DNA from: a phage
Strand: one strand, 5' to 3'
Sequence record: PZ445449.1
Length of the DNA: 64,000 nucleotides
A model generated the notes under the pieces. That model made no database searches and was not told the origin of the DNA. It saw only the letters and a program-made list of their open reading frames with translations. Below are positions 38,574-47,058 of the stretch, piece after piece. Position numbers and translations under genes: made by a program. Every line of letters begins with the position of its first letter. The stretch's first letter is position 1.

Positions 38574-38858
38574 ATGGTAGTAGAACCAACAAAAACATTT
38601 ACATCCATGACTATCCCTGTTATTATGCAGGTGGAGTGTGTTCAGGTATCTCAAGTGTGGCCAGGCACTAAAATCCCAACAGGGCCTGATTTCTTTCAGG
38701 TTGGGAAAGTGTACAATGTCTGGAAGGCACCAAATTGCTACCCTTTCATCAAAGATGACCGTGGAATGCTGTGGTATCTTGGAAATGATTTGACACTGCA
38801 CCTTGGGAATGCTATTATTGCAGTATTCAGACTTAACAAGAAGGAGACCGATCAATGA
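38574..38858 (+). CDS. small protein, paralog family A
   Basis: ATG 38574 with AGAGGAG RBS; KDDRGMLWYLGND motif shared with next two ORFs. Confidence 0.45.
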   Translation: MVVEPTKTFTSMTIPVIMQVECVQVSQVWPGTKIPTGPDFFQVGKVYNVWKAPNCYPFIKDDRGMLWYLGNDLTLHLGNAIIAVFRLNKKETDQ

Positions 38859-39082
38859 CGACTTTGGTTAAAGCTACCTTTGTAGAAGAAAAGATGACAG
38901 ACATGTCATTCTTTAAAGAAGGAAAGACCTACGAGGTTTATTACGATAAAGCTCGTGCAAACAAAATGATTAAAGACGAGGAAGGGGTTGACTGGTATAT
39001 CTCTCACCTGGCAAACGGTGAGTATCATATCTACGGAACCACTTTGCTTGCCAAGTTTGTAGTTGTTGAAGAGGACCTATGA
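38855..39082 (+). CDS. small protein, paralog family A
   Basis: 75 aa; KDEEGVDWYISH motif. Confidence 0.45.
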   Translation: MTTLVKATFVEEKMTDMSFFKEGKTYEVYYDKARANKMIKDEEGVDWYISHLANGEYHIYGTTLLAKFVVVEEDL

Positions 39083-39273
39083 AAGTAAAGTATCTTGCTG
39101 AAGGTATGAATAGGTATTTTACCCTTGGTGAAGAATATTGGCCCTTTACAAACAACGGCGATGTCTACGTGAAAGATAATTTCGGCACGCCGTGGTTTCT
39201 GCACTCTAATGGGCTGGGATACTCCATTTACTGCGGTGCAGTGAACAACACAACTCTTGCAGAGTTCGTTTAG
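39079..39273 (+). CDS. small protein, paralog family A
   Basis: 64 aa; KDNFGTPWFLHSNG motif. Confidence 0.45.
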   Translation: MKVKYLAEGMNRYFTLGEEYWPFTNNGDVYVKDNFGTPWFLHSNGLGYSIYCGAVNNTTLAEFV

Positions 39274-39283
39274 AGGAGGTAGG

Positions 39284-39655
39284 ATGTTAGTAAAAGGTAC
39301 CCACACAGTTAAACAACGTATTGAAGTTGAGATTGATGATTGTGAGCTGAAGCATATTTTACGGTCATGCTCCAACGTTTTGCTCCTTAGTATTCTTCAG
39401 GAGCGAGCGGAGAATGAGTTCTTAAATGCATTGGCAGGCCGTCCCGGTGACTTCTGTGTGCGTAAGCGTGGTGACAACAAGTCATGGTTGTGGGAAATCG
39501 ATGCCGACTGGGATTACCACAAAAATGAGGGTATAGATGAGCCTATTCGTGAACTGACTGAAAACGAAGTTCAGATGTACGAAGATGTTTGCCAGTGGGC
39601 AAAAAGTCAACAAACCTACCTTGATCCTTGGTGGATGATTGAAAATAGTCGTTGA
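39284..39655 (+). CDS. hypothetical protein
   Basis: ATG 39284 preceded by AGAGGAGG. Confidence 0.5.
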   Translation: MLVKGTHTVKQRIEVEIDDCELKHILRSCSNVLLLSILQERAENEFLNALAGRPGDFCVRKRGDNKSWLWEIDADWDYHKNEGIDEPIRELTENEVQMYEDVCQWAKSQQTYLDPWWMIENSR

Positions 39656-39680
39656 CAAGAAGTAAGGTTAGATGTAAGAT
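39652..39680 (+). promoter_or_regulatory. sigma70-type promoter
   Basis: TTGACA - 17 nt - TAAGAT. Confidence 0.45.
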
Positions 39681-39731
39681 ACTCCTCACAAACAGAGTAT
39701 TGATTGTTAAATAATTAAGGAGACCTCTAAG

Positions 39732-39986
39732 ATGAAAATCATGTTGAAACCAGAATGCGTTGCAAACGACCGAGCTTTTAAAGATTGCACACTTGGCGCT
39801 ACTTATGAAGCAGAGTTTTGTGAGAACCCTTTGGTAAAAGCCCTTTTGGAAGAAGGGGCCCCTCTATCACAAGAAGAGCTTGATGAGCTGGAAAACTCAG
39901 CACAGTGCCTTACCTTTAAAGATGATGAAGGAGACTCTGTCTGGTGCACTGTTAACGAAGTAGTTTTTGTAAAAACTGAACATTAA
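39732..39986 (+). CDS. small protein, paralog family B
   Basis: 84 aa; KPECVANDRAFKDCT... aligns with 40050-40310 product. Confidence 0.5.
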   Translation: MKIMLKPECVANDRAFKDCTLGATYEAEFCENPLVKALLEEGAPLSQEELDELENSAQCLTFKDDEGDSVWCTVNEVVFVKTEH

Positions 39987-39989
39987 TAC

Positions 39990-40018
39990 TTGACAACAGC
40001 GATAGGACCTAATACAAT
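39990..40018 (+). promoter_or_regulatory. sigma70-type promoter
   Basis: TTGACA - 17 nt - TACAAT; its position supports the 40050 start for the next gene. Confidence 0.5.
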
Positions 40019-40049
40019 GGTCCTATCAAAACGAAAGGGGACCACAGCA

Positions 40050-40310
40050 ATGACCAAACAATATCAACGAATTAAAGCCAAGGTTAAGCCAAACTATCTA
40101 GAGAAGGACTCTGCTTTTCGGGACTGCACAGCCGACAAAGTTTACACAGGGACTGTCCTGTTGAACGATAAACTTGAAGTGGATGTGCTGGGTAAAGAGG
40201 CCGTTATCGAGGATGACAACGGTGACTGTGTTTTCTGCACCACACGAGAGCTAGAAGTCTTAGAATATTTCGGTGAAATCTTCAACTCCTTAGACGACGA
40301 GGAAGCGTGA
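40050..40310 (+). CDS. small protein, paralog family B
   Basis: ATG 40050 after AAAGGGGA; KPNYLEKDSAFRDCT... paralogous to 39732-39986. Confidence 0.5.
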   Translation: MTKQYQRIKAKVKPNYLEKDSAFRDCTADKVYTGTVLLNDKLEVDVLGKEAVIEDDNGDCVFCTTRELEVLEYFGEIFNSLDDEEA

Positions 40311-40699
40311 TGAAAAATATTTGGGATATCGATATCTTTGAAGCCTCTAAGCTTGACGGTGCTGATGGAGTGATTATGGTGTCTGATGGCAAGGCAACAC
40401 TAACTTCCGGAGATATCATCTATGCCTTGGACGAGCTGGCGCTTCTGAAATCTACCGGTAACACTTTGGAGGAGCGTCTTCAAGGATTCGCTTTCAAAGA
40501 AGGTACAAATACAGCCATGATGTGCACCACACGGACAGTTCAGGTTGGTAACGGTGTCTATATGATTATTGCTGTGTGTCCTAAATTCAGCAACGTCAGC
40601 AAAGATGATGCTGACGCGGTCAACGATGTGGTTGTTCTCTTCGTGGGTGACGCTATGGCAGATCTGATGAATGCAGGAGAAGCAGCAAATGAAGACTGA
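40307..40699 (+). CDS. hypothetical protein
   Basis: 130-aa ORF overlapping upstream stop. Confidence 0.5.
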   Translation: MMKNIWDIDIFEASKLDGADGVIMVSDGKATLTSGDIIYALDELALLKSTGNTLEERLQGFAFKEGTNTAMMCTTRTVQVGNGVYMIIAVCPKFSNVSKDDADAVNDVVVLFVGDAMADLMNAGEAANED

Positions 40700-40991
40700 A
40701 AACATCACCCCAGCAGGGTTCTTAAAAGTATACCGTGAACTGCTATATACTACAGAGGACAGTGTTCTAGAGTATCCAGAATATCTTTTGCTGTATAAGT
40801 ATCTGCAGGAGGCTGGTGAAAATCTGCCAGTTAGTGCAGAAGGTGGTCCAAACTGGATATACAGCGCATGGAGAAAGGTTGACATTCTCCCCGACCCAGG
40901 TAAAGATATGGTAGTTTGGCAGCTTATTAACAACATCGGGATTTCAATCTTTGATGAAGCTGTTAAAATATATTTTGAACTTGACGATTAA
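40689..40991 (+). CDS. hypothetical protein
   Basis: ATG 40689 after AGGAGAAG. Confidence 0.45.
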   Translation: MKTENITPAGFLKVYRELLYTTEDSVLEYPEYLLLYKYLQEAGENLPVSAEGGPNWIYSAWRKVDILPDPGKDMVVWQLINNIGISIFDEAVKIYFELDD

Positions 40992-41008
40992 TATCAGGAG
41001 ACCTTAAG

Positions 41009-41254
41009 ATGACTGAAGTAGTTGCTCGCGCAGGACAGAAAGTACGTTGTGTTGAAGTAGGTTTTGGTGGCAAAGGGTGTCAAAACTTGACTCAAGGTAA
41101 GGAATACGCTGTTATTTCTGGTGGTGGCGACGAAAGTATTGTGTTCGAGGGCCACATCCTGGATGCTGAAAACTTTGAAATCTTTGACGACGATGGGGAT
41201 CCGATCACCTGCCTGCTGGACGGGAATTGGGGAACTTTCGAAGTGATTGGCTAA
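41009..41254 (+). CDS. hypothetical small protein
   Basis: 81 aa; AGGAGA RBS. Confidence 0.45.
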   Translation: MTEVVARAGQKVRCVEVGFGGKGCQNLTQGKEYAVISGGGDESIVFEGHILDAENFEIFDDDGDPITCLLDGNWGTFEVIG

Positions 41255-41337
41255 CAAATACCTATTGTAATTTGCAGAAGGGGATGCTAAAATAGTGTCT
41301 ACTTCTATGTTGTTCAAATAAAATCGGAGATTCCATA

Positions 41338-41703
41338 ATGGAACAAATGAACGATCAAGCGTCGGTTGCGATGAACGAGCAAGAACAACCTCAAGAATTT
41401 TTCTTAGGGTTAAGTAAAGATCAAGTGTCTCTTCTGCTAGTGCTTTCTTCTTTCATGGGAAGACTTCAGGAGCTCACACAACAGCCAGAGGCTGAACAAT
41501 TATTTCAGGCTCTGCGTGAAGAAGAAAAATATCGTCGTTTGGACTATGCCTTAGGTTGGGTAGCTCAACAACGAGATATGCTGATGGCCCTCTCTGGGAC
41601 CACAAGTTTTGCAATGGGCCTGTTGGCTCAAGTTCAGGACAAATTAATTCAAGCAGGGTTTGCACACACGGCAAACACTAACGAAGAACAAGGAGACAAA
41701 TAA
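41338..41703 (+). CDS. hypothetical protein
   Basis: 121 aa; GGAGA RBS. Confidence 0.5.
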   Translation: MEQMNDQASVAMNEQEQPQEFFLGLSKDQVSLLLVLSSFMGRLQELTQQPEAEQLFQALREEEKYRRLDYALGWVAQQRDMLMALSGTTSFAMGLLAQVQDKLIQAGFAHTANTNEEQGDK

Positions 41704-42929
41704 TGAGCGTTATTCAACAATTCGCTAACCCGATGAATCCGCGTGAAACTGTTTTACTAGCTCACGGCATGATTAAACGTGTCAGCATCAAGCCTATCAA
41801 AGGTGCTGATCCTACAACAGGTATTAAAACCACTGTGTGGCAAGGTAAGAAAATTGAATCCAGCCACACCATCTCTTTACTGATTTCTGAACTGGATTCC
41901 TCTGATAACCTACTTCAAGGTGGTGAAGAAGTTTGGATCAGCATGGGCGATAAGCTGCTTAAACCGGGTCATCAAGACTCCGTCTCTGTTAAAATTGATG
42001 ACAAGTGGGAAACCGTAACGCCAGGATGGATCGTAAATATCCCTCTGAAGGCAAACGAGCATAACGGTAAGACCTATTACAAAGGCTCACTGGCTAAGAT
42101 GGTCAAACTGGGTGCAGGAGAGGCTCCAGCAGCGACTCAGCAGCAAAAACAGCAACAAGGTGCACAATCACAAGGTCAGAAGCAGAAACCCCAGCAGAAT
42201 GCCAATCAGGACGTTTTACGCATCTATGGCGATGTGACTCAGATTGTTGGCAACGTGGTTACTGTTAATGACCACAAGATTGGCGAAGGTGCTATGGTTG
42301 TCACTGATGAGCAGCTTAAAGACCTGGTGGTAGGTGGTCGTGTTGCAGCCATTGTTGACAAAGACACCGGAAACATTATCAGTGGTTTCAAAGCCTATCC
42401 ACCTAAGGCAGAGAACGGCACTCAAGGCTCTGGTGGCAAGCGTAAATCCTCTTACGACCCTATTGGTGTAGAGACGGGGCATAGCATCAATGCTTTGCAG
42501 ATCATCCTGGATCGCGGGTTTAAGGTGGATGACCCACTAAGCGTGGCTAAAACACTGCACGTAGTCACCATTGAGCTTAAGAAAGAGTATGCTCAAGCCA
42601 CCAACCGAACTGAAGATGAAGTAGGTGCCAGTGTCGGTAATGCGGTGTTGAACGCTTGTCGCCGTATTGACAAGAAAACGAAAGTTGATGATTTTGCAGC
42701 GGCAATTACTGCAGAAGCAAAAGATGTCTTGACTAATCTTGCTGAACCGTTGTATGATTGGATCAAGAACGGTGCGGGAGCCACTGACCATCAAGAACCT
42801 CAAGCTGCCAAACAGGAAGCTGCTCCGCAGCAAAACACTGTAGACGCTCCTCCTGTAAATGACGAGGAAGATGACCCGATGGATCAGAATCCAGCACAGT
42901 ATGAGTTCGATGACTCGATCCCTTTCTGA
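41703..42929 (+). CDS. single-stranded-DNA-binding-like protein with SSB-type acidic C-terminal tail
   Basis: 408 aa; C-terminus ...EEDDPMDQNPAQYEFDDSIPF resembles the E. coli SSB tip (DFDDDIPF); Q-rich linker QQQKQQQGAQSQGQKQKPQQ; lies next to replication genes. Confidence 0.5.
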   Translation: MSVIQQFANPMNPRETVLLAHGMIKRVSIKPIKGADPTTGIKTTVWQGKKIESSHTISLLISELDSSDNLLQGGEEVWISMGDKLLKPGHQDSVSVKIDDKWETVTPGWIVNIPLKANEHNGKTYYKGSLAKMVKLGAGEAPAATQQQKQQQGAQSQGQKQKPQQNANQDVLRIYGDVTQIVGNVVTVNDHKIGEGAMVVTDEQLKDLVVGGRVAAIVDKDTGNIISGFKAYPPKAENGTQGSGGKRKSSYDPIGVETGHSINALQIILDRGFKVDDPLSVAKTLHVVTIELKKEYAQATNRTEDEVGASVGNAVLNACRRIDKKTKVDDFAAAITAEAKDVLTNLAEPLYDWIKNGAGATDHQEPQAAKQEAAPQQNTVDAPPVNDEEDDPMDQNPAQYEFDDSIPF

Positions 42930-42937
42930 GGTCAGTT

Positions 42938-43516
42938 ATGAAATGCAAACGTTGTGGAGAGGACAAGGAGGCCTCCGACTTCTACACCAGTAACAAATCA
43001 ACGTGCAAAGAGTGTTGCAAGAAGGCCAGCAGGGAGGCTGACCAATTTGCTAAAGACTCTTCAGAAAAAGGTGTAATACGCGTGCTGTACAAGGCTCAAA
43101 AGTGCAACAGCAAGCAAAGAGGTCACCCGCCTCCGACTTACACCAAAAAAGAGTTTAAGGAGTGGCTATACCTAAACGGTTACAAAGAGTTGTATGATCA
43201 ATGGGTAGCCAGCGGATACGACAAAAGGAAAAAGCCTTCTTGTGACAGGATAGATGATTTCAAAGGGTACTCTTTTGATAATATCCGTTTAACGACTTGG
43301 GGAGAAAATAAAGACAAGCAGACAGAGGATATTCTGTTGCATAGAAGCACCAGCGGTAGACGGTGCAAAAATGTAAGGAGGTTGGACATGAATGGTAACG
43401 TTCTTAAAGAATGGGTATCTCACAACTCTTGTAGCAGAGAAACCGGAATATATATTGGTTACTACATTCATGAAAAAATTCCAGCTCCAGATGGATACTT
43501 ATACGAATACTTTTAA
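42938..43516 (+). CDS. zinc-finger protein with degenerate HNH-like segment
   Basis: 192 aa; N-terminal CKRC...CKECC; segment CDRIDDFKGYSFDNIRLTTWGENK resembles HNH-type core. Confidence 0.35.
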   Translation: MKCKRCGEDKEASDFYTSNKSTCKECCKKASREADQFAKDSSEKGVIRVLYKAQKCNSKQRGHPPPTYTKKEFKEWLYLNGYKELYDQWVASGYDKRKKPSCDRIDDFKGYSFDNIRLTTWGENKDKQTEDILLHRSTSGRRCKNVRRLDMNGNVLKEWVSHNSCSRETGIYIGYYIHEKIPAPDGYLYEYF

Positions 43517-43530
43517 CACATAACTAACAT

Positions 43531-43560
43531 AGCCCTGCCCGAAAGGGTGGGGCATTTTTG
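43531..43560 (+). terminator. intrinsic terminator with GAAA tetraloop (copy 2 of 2)
   Basis: Same GCCCTGCCC-gaaa-GGGTGGGGC + T-run as at 31307-31335. Confidence 0.6.
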
Positions 43561-43578
43561 TATAAGGAGATCTGAAAA

Positions 43579-43995
43579 ATGACATTAGAAGATATCATTG
43601 TTAAACCTGAGAACTATGACCAATACAACCTGTCAACTCAATCTGTAGACCTTGGATGCGCCACGGTCAGTGCGTGGCTGGTTAACGGAAAAGAGCTTGA
43701 CGAGTGCCTGGAAGCACACATGTCGGTGAATAAATTTCTTGATGAAAATACCCACTGGCTAGAGGGTGCAGGAGTATATGCTTCATGGTTGGAGAGTATG
43801 GGATTCGACTACCAATCTGAAGAGGGGTGGTGGAGCTATTTAGCTATCTGCCCAGAGACGCTGCAATGCTTCATGAAATATTCTGAAGATTTGGAGTACC
43901 GGGCGGTGGTTGATAGTGCTATTGCCCGTTATAGCCGTAAACCTTTTTCCCACGACATTAAAACTGTGGAAGAATTTGTTGAAGTTTTCTGTTGA
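43579..43995 (+). CDS. hypothetical protein
   Basis: 138 aa; AAGGAGA RBS. Confidence 0.5.
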   Translation: MTLEDIIVKPENYDQYNLSTQSVDLGCATVSAWLVNGKELDECLEAHMSVNKFLDENTHWLEGAGVYASWLESMGFDYQSEEGWWSYLAICPETLQCFMKYSEDLEYRAVVDSAIARYSRKPFSHDIKTVEEFVEVFC

Positions 43996-44020
43996 CACAA
44001 GTTGAAAGGTGTGCAATTAT
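43992..44020 (+). promoter_or_regulatory. sigma70-type promoter
   Basis: TTGACA - 17 nt - AATTAT. Confidence 0.45.
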
Positions 44021-44091
44021 AACTTCATAGAACGGGAGGACGTGATGAACGAAGAAAACTGGGATGTATAACTAACAGGAGGCCACTGCCC

Positions 44092-44289
44092 ATGATTTAT
44101 CGAATCCGTGTAAGAGAAGATGCACCAGGCTGTTACTTTGACTGGCGTGGGTGGTGGTTTCTCCACCCGATGGATGGACTCACAGATAGAATGCTGGATG
44201 CTGCCCTTTATACAGATACCGACATAGAATATAATCTCTATCTGAAGGACGGTATAGATAACGGTCTATTTGAAGCAATTCCTGTGTAA
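44092..44289 (+). CDS. hypothetical small protein
   Basis: 65 aa; AGGAGG RBS. Confidence 0.45.
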   Translation: MIYRIRVREDAPGCYFDWRGWWFLHPMDGLTDRMLDAALYTDTDIEYNLYLKDGIDNGLFEAIPV

Positions 44290-44357
44290 GAGACTGTGAT
44301 AGCTATGTTTTATGATCTTCCTGTAGCACCACCACCTGTTGAACCCGGAGAACTAAG

Positions 44358-44783
44358 ATGATCTATGAAATGCCAAAACTGATTCGTGACGATGCCCAAA
44401 ACGCTCACACCATTATTATGGGCAAACGCATGGATATTATTTGTCATAAAGATTTCTGGGAAGGAAGTTACTTCACAGAGTATTTTGGTAAACTGGACAA
44501 TGGTCTGCTGATCCAGTTCTACACCGATGCGGAAAACAACATTCACTGGGAGTTCGAAACTGAAGATATCCATAAACTTTTCACCTTCCTCGGTATCAAG
44601 GTTGAGGCTAAGTTTGAAGAAGGCGAGTGCGACGATTGTGGATTCTATGAGGTAACAGATTTCTATCTTCCAAGTGGCAAGAACCTTTACTATGAGAGTC
44701 ACTTCGGAAACACCAACATGCCTCAAAGCTGGGAAGAATTTTTCAGTATCGTAGAAGAGGAGCTGGCATACCGTGATTATTGA
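44358..44783 (+). CDS. hypothetical protein
   Basis: 141 aa; GGAGAA RBS. Confidence 0.5.
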   Translation: MIYEMPKLIRDDAQNAHTIIMGKRMDIICHKDFWEGSYFTEYFGKLDNGLLIQFYTDAENNIHWEFETEDIHKLFTFLGIKVEAKFEEGECDDCGFYEVTDFYLPSGKNLYYESHFGNTNMPQSWEEFFSIVEEELAYRDY

Positions 44784-45231
44784 TACTGTAAAGGGAGATT
44801 TAATCTCCCTTTTTAAGAGCGGTGCTGGTCACCTAATCCACGGTTGTAACTGCTTCCACACAATGGGTAAGGGCATAGCAAAACAGATTGCCCGTGAGTT
44901 TCCTCAAGCATTGTCAGCCGACAAAGAGACCAGACACGGTTGCCTAAGTAAACTGGGTGCGTTCTCCCGATGGGAGCACTTATCTCCGAGAGGTATTGTC
45001 TACGGAATCAATCTGTATACTCAGTTCTACCCAGGGCCTAATGCTGAATATTTCTCAATCCTGAAAGGCTTTGAGCTAGTCAATGAGGTATTCAGTGGAT
45101 CGACTTTACCATTCTACATCCCTAAGATCGGGTGCGGCATAGGCGGTTTGAAGTGGGAGCACGTAGAGGACGTTATTAACCTCGCCACTTTTGATATAGA
45201 TATTATCGTGGTGGAGTACAAAGAGTGTTGA
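44773..45231 (+). CDS. macro-domain-like protein (ADP-ribose binding / ADP-ribosyl hydrolase fold)
   Basis: 152 aa; VKGDLI ... HLIHGCNC ... GKGIAKQIAREF follows macro-domain order (GDIT ... NAAN ... GGGVxGAIHRAAG); GTG start overlapping upstream gene. Confidence 0.45.
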   Translation: MIIDTVKGDLISLFKSGAGHLIHGCNCFHTMGKGIAKQIAREFPQALSADKETRHGCLSKLGAFSRWEHLSPRGIVYGINLYTQFYPGPNAEYFSILKGFELVNEVFSGSTLPFYIPKIGCGIGGLKWEHVEDVINLATFDIDIIVVEYKEC

Positions 45232-45257
45232 CAGCTGACTTTTGAGATGGTATAGTC
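45229..45257 (+). promoter_or_regulatory. sigma70-type promoter
   Basis: TTGACA - 17 nt - TATAGT. Confidence 0.5.
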
Positions 45258-45287
45258 ACCACAACGATTGAGAGAGGGAGCACCACT

Positions 45288-45488
45288 ATGGAGACTAAAA
45301 TCTTAATTCTGGCTGTGATAGATACGACCGAAGGGGCCGTGTTCGAATCTGCAGGAGGGTATTTCTACCTGCCCTACGGAAAAATAACTTCCGAACCGAG
45401 TAAAGATTCAATCCTTAAAGTGTTCCCTTGTGCTTTCTGGCTGGAGATTCTGGTAGAAGATTGCAGAGGATTGGGGAGAGAATTATGA
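45288..45488 (+). CDS. hypothetical small protein
   Basis: 66 aa; GAGGGAG RBS. Confidence 0.45.
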   Translation: METKILILAVIDTTEGAVFESAGGYFYLPYGKITSEPSKDSILKVFPCAFWLEILVEDCRGLGREL

Positions 45489-45679
45489 GAAACAAGAAAG
45501 AGCTTTACTCTGGCGAGTGGATCAACGATCAACAGGTCGGAGAGGTAACCTGCTTCCGGTGTTTTACTCGGTACAATCTTAAAACTGCACCAAAAAGTGT
45601 TCCAAAGACTGACGGTTATTACATAAAAGAACCTCATTGCCCAAAATGTAAATGCCGATTGTACTGGAGCAATCTATAA
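45485..45679 (+). CDS. small zinc-ribbon-like protein
   Basis: ATG 45485 overlapping upstream stop (ATGA); CFRC ... CPKCKC. Confidence 0.45.
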   Translation: MRNKKELYSGEWINDQQVGEVTCFRCFTRYNLKTAPKSVPKTDGYYIKEPHCPKCKCRLYWSNL

Positions 45680-45683
45680 GAGG

Positions 45684-45711
45684 TTGACATCTGAAAACTG
45701 CAGTGTATAGT
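45684..45711 (+). promoter_or_regulatory. sigma70-type promoter
   Basis: TTGACA - 16 nt - TATAGT. Confidence 0.5.
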
Positions 45712-45742
45712 ATACGCATAAACTAACAGAGAGCGATGTATT

Positions 45743-45934
45743 ATGGTAATTTTTAACCGGGATGGTATCATAGTTAGACAGCACCCGTTCCTTGAATACT
45801 ATCAAATTGAGCAATGGTGCTACGGGGATTGCAGTCACTCCTATGGGCAAAGTTGGGGATATCGTACAGTTTTTGAATCAACAGACCTTGACAAAGTAAG
45901 ACAGAAAGTTTTAGAACTTATTAACAACAAGTGA
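45743..45934 (+). CDS. hypothetical small protein
   Basis: 63-aa ORF downstream of promoter. Confidence 0.4.
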   Translation: MVIFNRDGIIVRQHPFLEYYQIEQWCYGDCSHSYGQSWGYRTVFESTDLDKVRQKVLELINNK

Positions 45935-45943
45935 GTATGATAC

Positions 45944-46276
45944 ATGGTAACATTAGAAAGACGTAAAGCTATCGCCGCCACACTGGCAGACATCTTTTGG
46001 GATTGCAACTTAAAAGATACCCGAAATTGTGGCGCATCTGTAGATGTATTATTCCCACGGCCCACCATTGTTGCAATGGGAAACCTGTTAAACGTAGTGT
46101 ACGGAGCATGGGACAAAGAAGGTGGATTCTATATCTGGCAACCTGACTACGGAGCCTGGAAAGAGGTAAGGGGTGCGGATGACTTTGGGCCTACAGTTGC
46201 TAAGATGGATGGCTGGGAAATTTATGTTGGAAACGACATGAAGCTGAAAGGCGAGATTGTTTACTGGTTACCTTAA
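45944..46276 (+). CDS. hypothetical protein
   Basis: 110-aa ORF. Confidence 0.45.
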   Translation: MVTLERRKAIAATLADIFWDCNLKDTRNCGASVDVLFPRPTIVAMGNLLNVVYGAWDKEGGFYIWQPDYGAWKEVRGADDFGPTVAKMDGWEIYVGNDMKLKGEIVYWLP

Positions 46277-46296
46277 GAAAGTGCAGGAGATAAAGT

Positions 46297-46542
46297 ATGA
46301 ACAAAGGGTGGACATTTGTAGACGGCGTTAAAAACATGCCTCTAGGAAAGTATATCGTAGCCATGGCTGATGAGGATGGCAATGTAGATTTCGGAGCTTG
46401 CGAGGTTGTTCTTGCAGGATCTGGTAACTATGTGAGTAAAACCGGGATAATTAACGGTCAGTTCTACTTTGATCACAACCCTGTTGTAGCGTATATGGCT
46501 ATGCCAGAGTTCAAGTTCCCAAAGGAGGGTGCAGATGTTTAA
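46297..46542 (+). CDS. hypothetical small protein
   Basis: 81 aa; AGGAGA RBS. Confidence 0.45.
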   Translation: MNKGWTFVDGVKNMPLGKYIVAMADEDGNVDFGACEVVLAGSGNYVSKTGIINGQFYFDHNPVVAYMAMPEFKFPKEGADV

Positions 46543-46732
46543 GCTTAAATCTGCATGGAACATCGCTGTGGGGGACGAGATCCGTATCCCAGGTGGAAAG
46601 ACCATTATGAAGATATCTCGTATTGAGTACGAAGGTGACCGTGTATTCCACATCTTCGCAGAAGATGGTCGAGAAATTTATATACAGGCAGGTTCTCACA
46701 TTTATATCCGTAAGAAAGGGGACGACAAATGA
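46535..46732 (+). CDS. hypothetical small protein
   Basis: ATG 46535 after AAGGAGGG. Confidence 0.4.
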   Translation: MFKLKSAWNIAVGDEIRIPGGKTIMKISRIEYEGDRVFHIFAEDGREIYIQAGSHIYIRKKGDDK

Positions 46733-47058
46733 CAGAGATCATCATTTCAACTGCAGGGTATGTGTTCCTGACAATCATTGCACTGACTATTTTGGTGACA
46801 GTGTATGGGTTTGTTATCCTTCCTATCCTTGAGACATTTAGTTTGTGTCGGTATTGGAGAAAAGCTTACGGTCCACAACCATGGAAGGACTGGCCCCACC
46901 TGGTGCGCTTAGCGTTCTCTTATGCTTACGATCACTCCAGTAGTGCATGCATAACCGGATACCACGCCCACAACTGGAGCTGGGAAGGATTGAGGAAATG
47001 GAATGTTACAAAGACCATACCTCTACGCATGTACAAACCTAAAAACAAAGACAGCTGA
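46729..47058 (+). CDS. small membrane protein
   Basis: 109 aa; N-terminal double hydrophobic helix. Confidence 0.45.
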   Translation: MTEIIISTAGYVFLTIIALTILVTVYGFVILPILETFSLCRYWRKAYGPQPWKDWPHLVRLAFSYAYDHSSSACITGYHAHNWSWEGLRKWNVTKTIPLRMYKPKNKDS

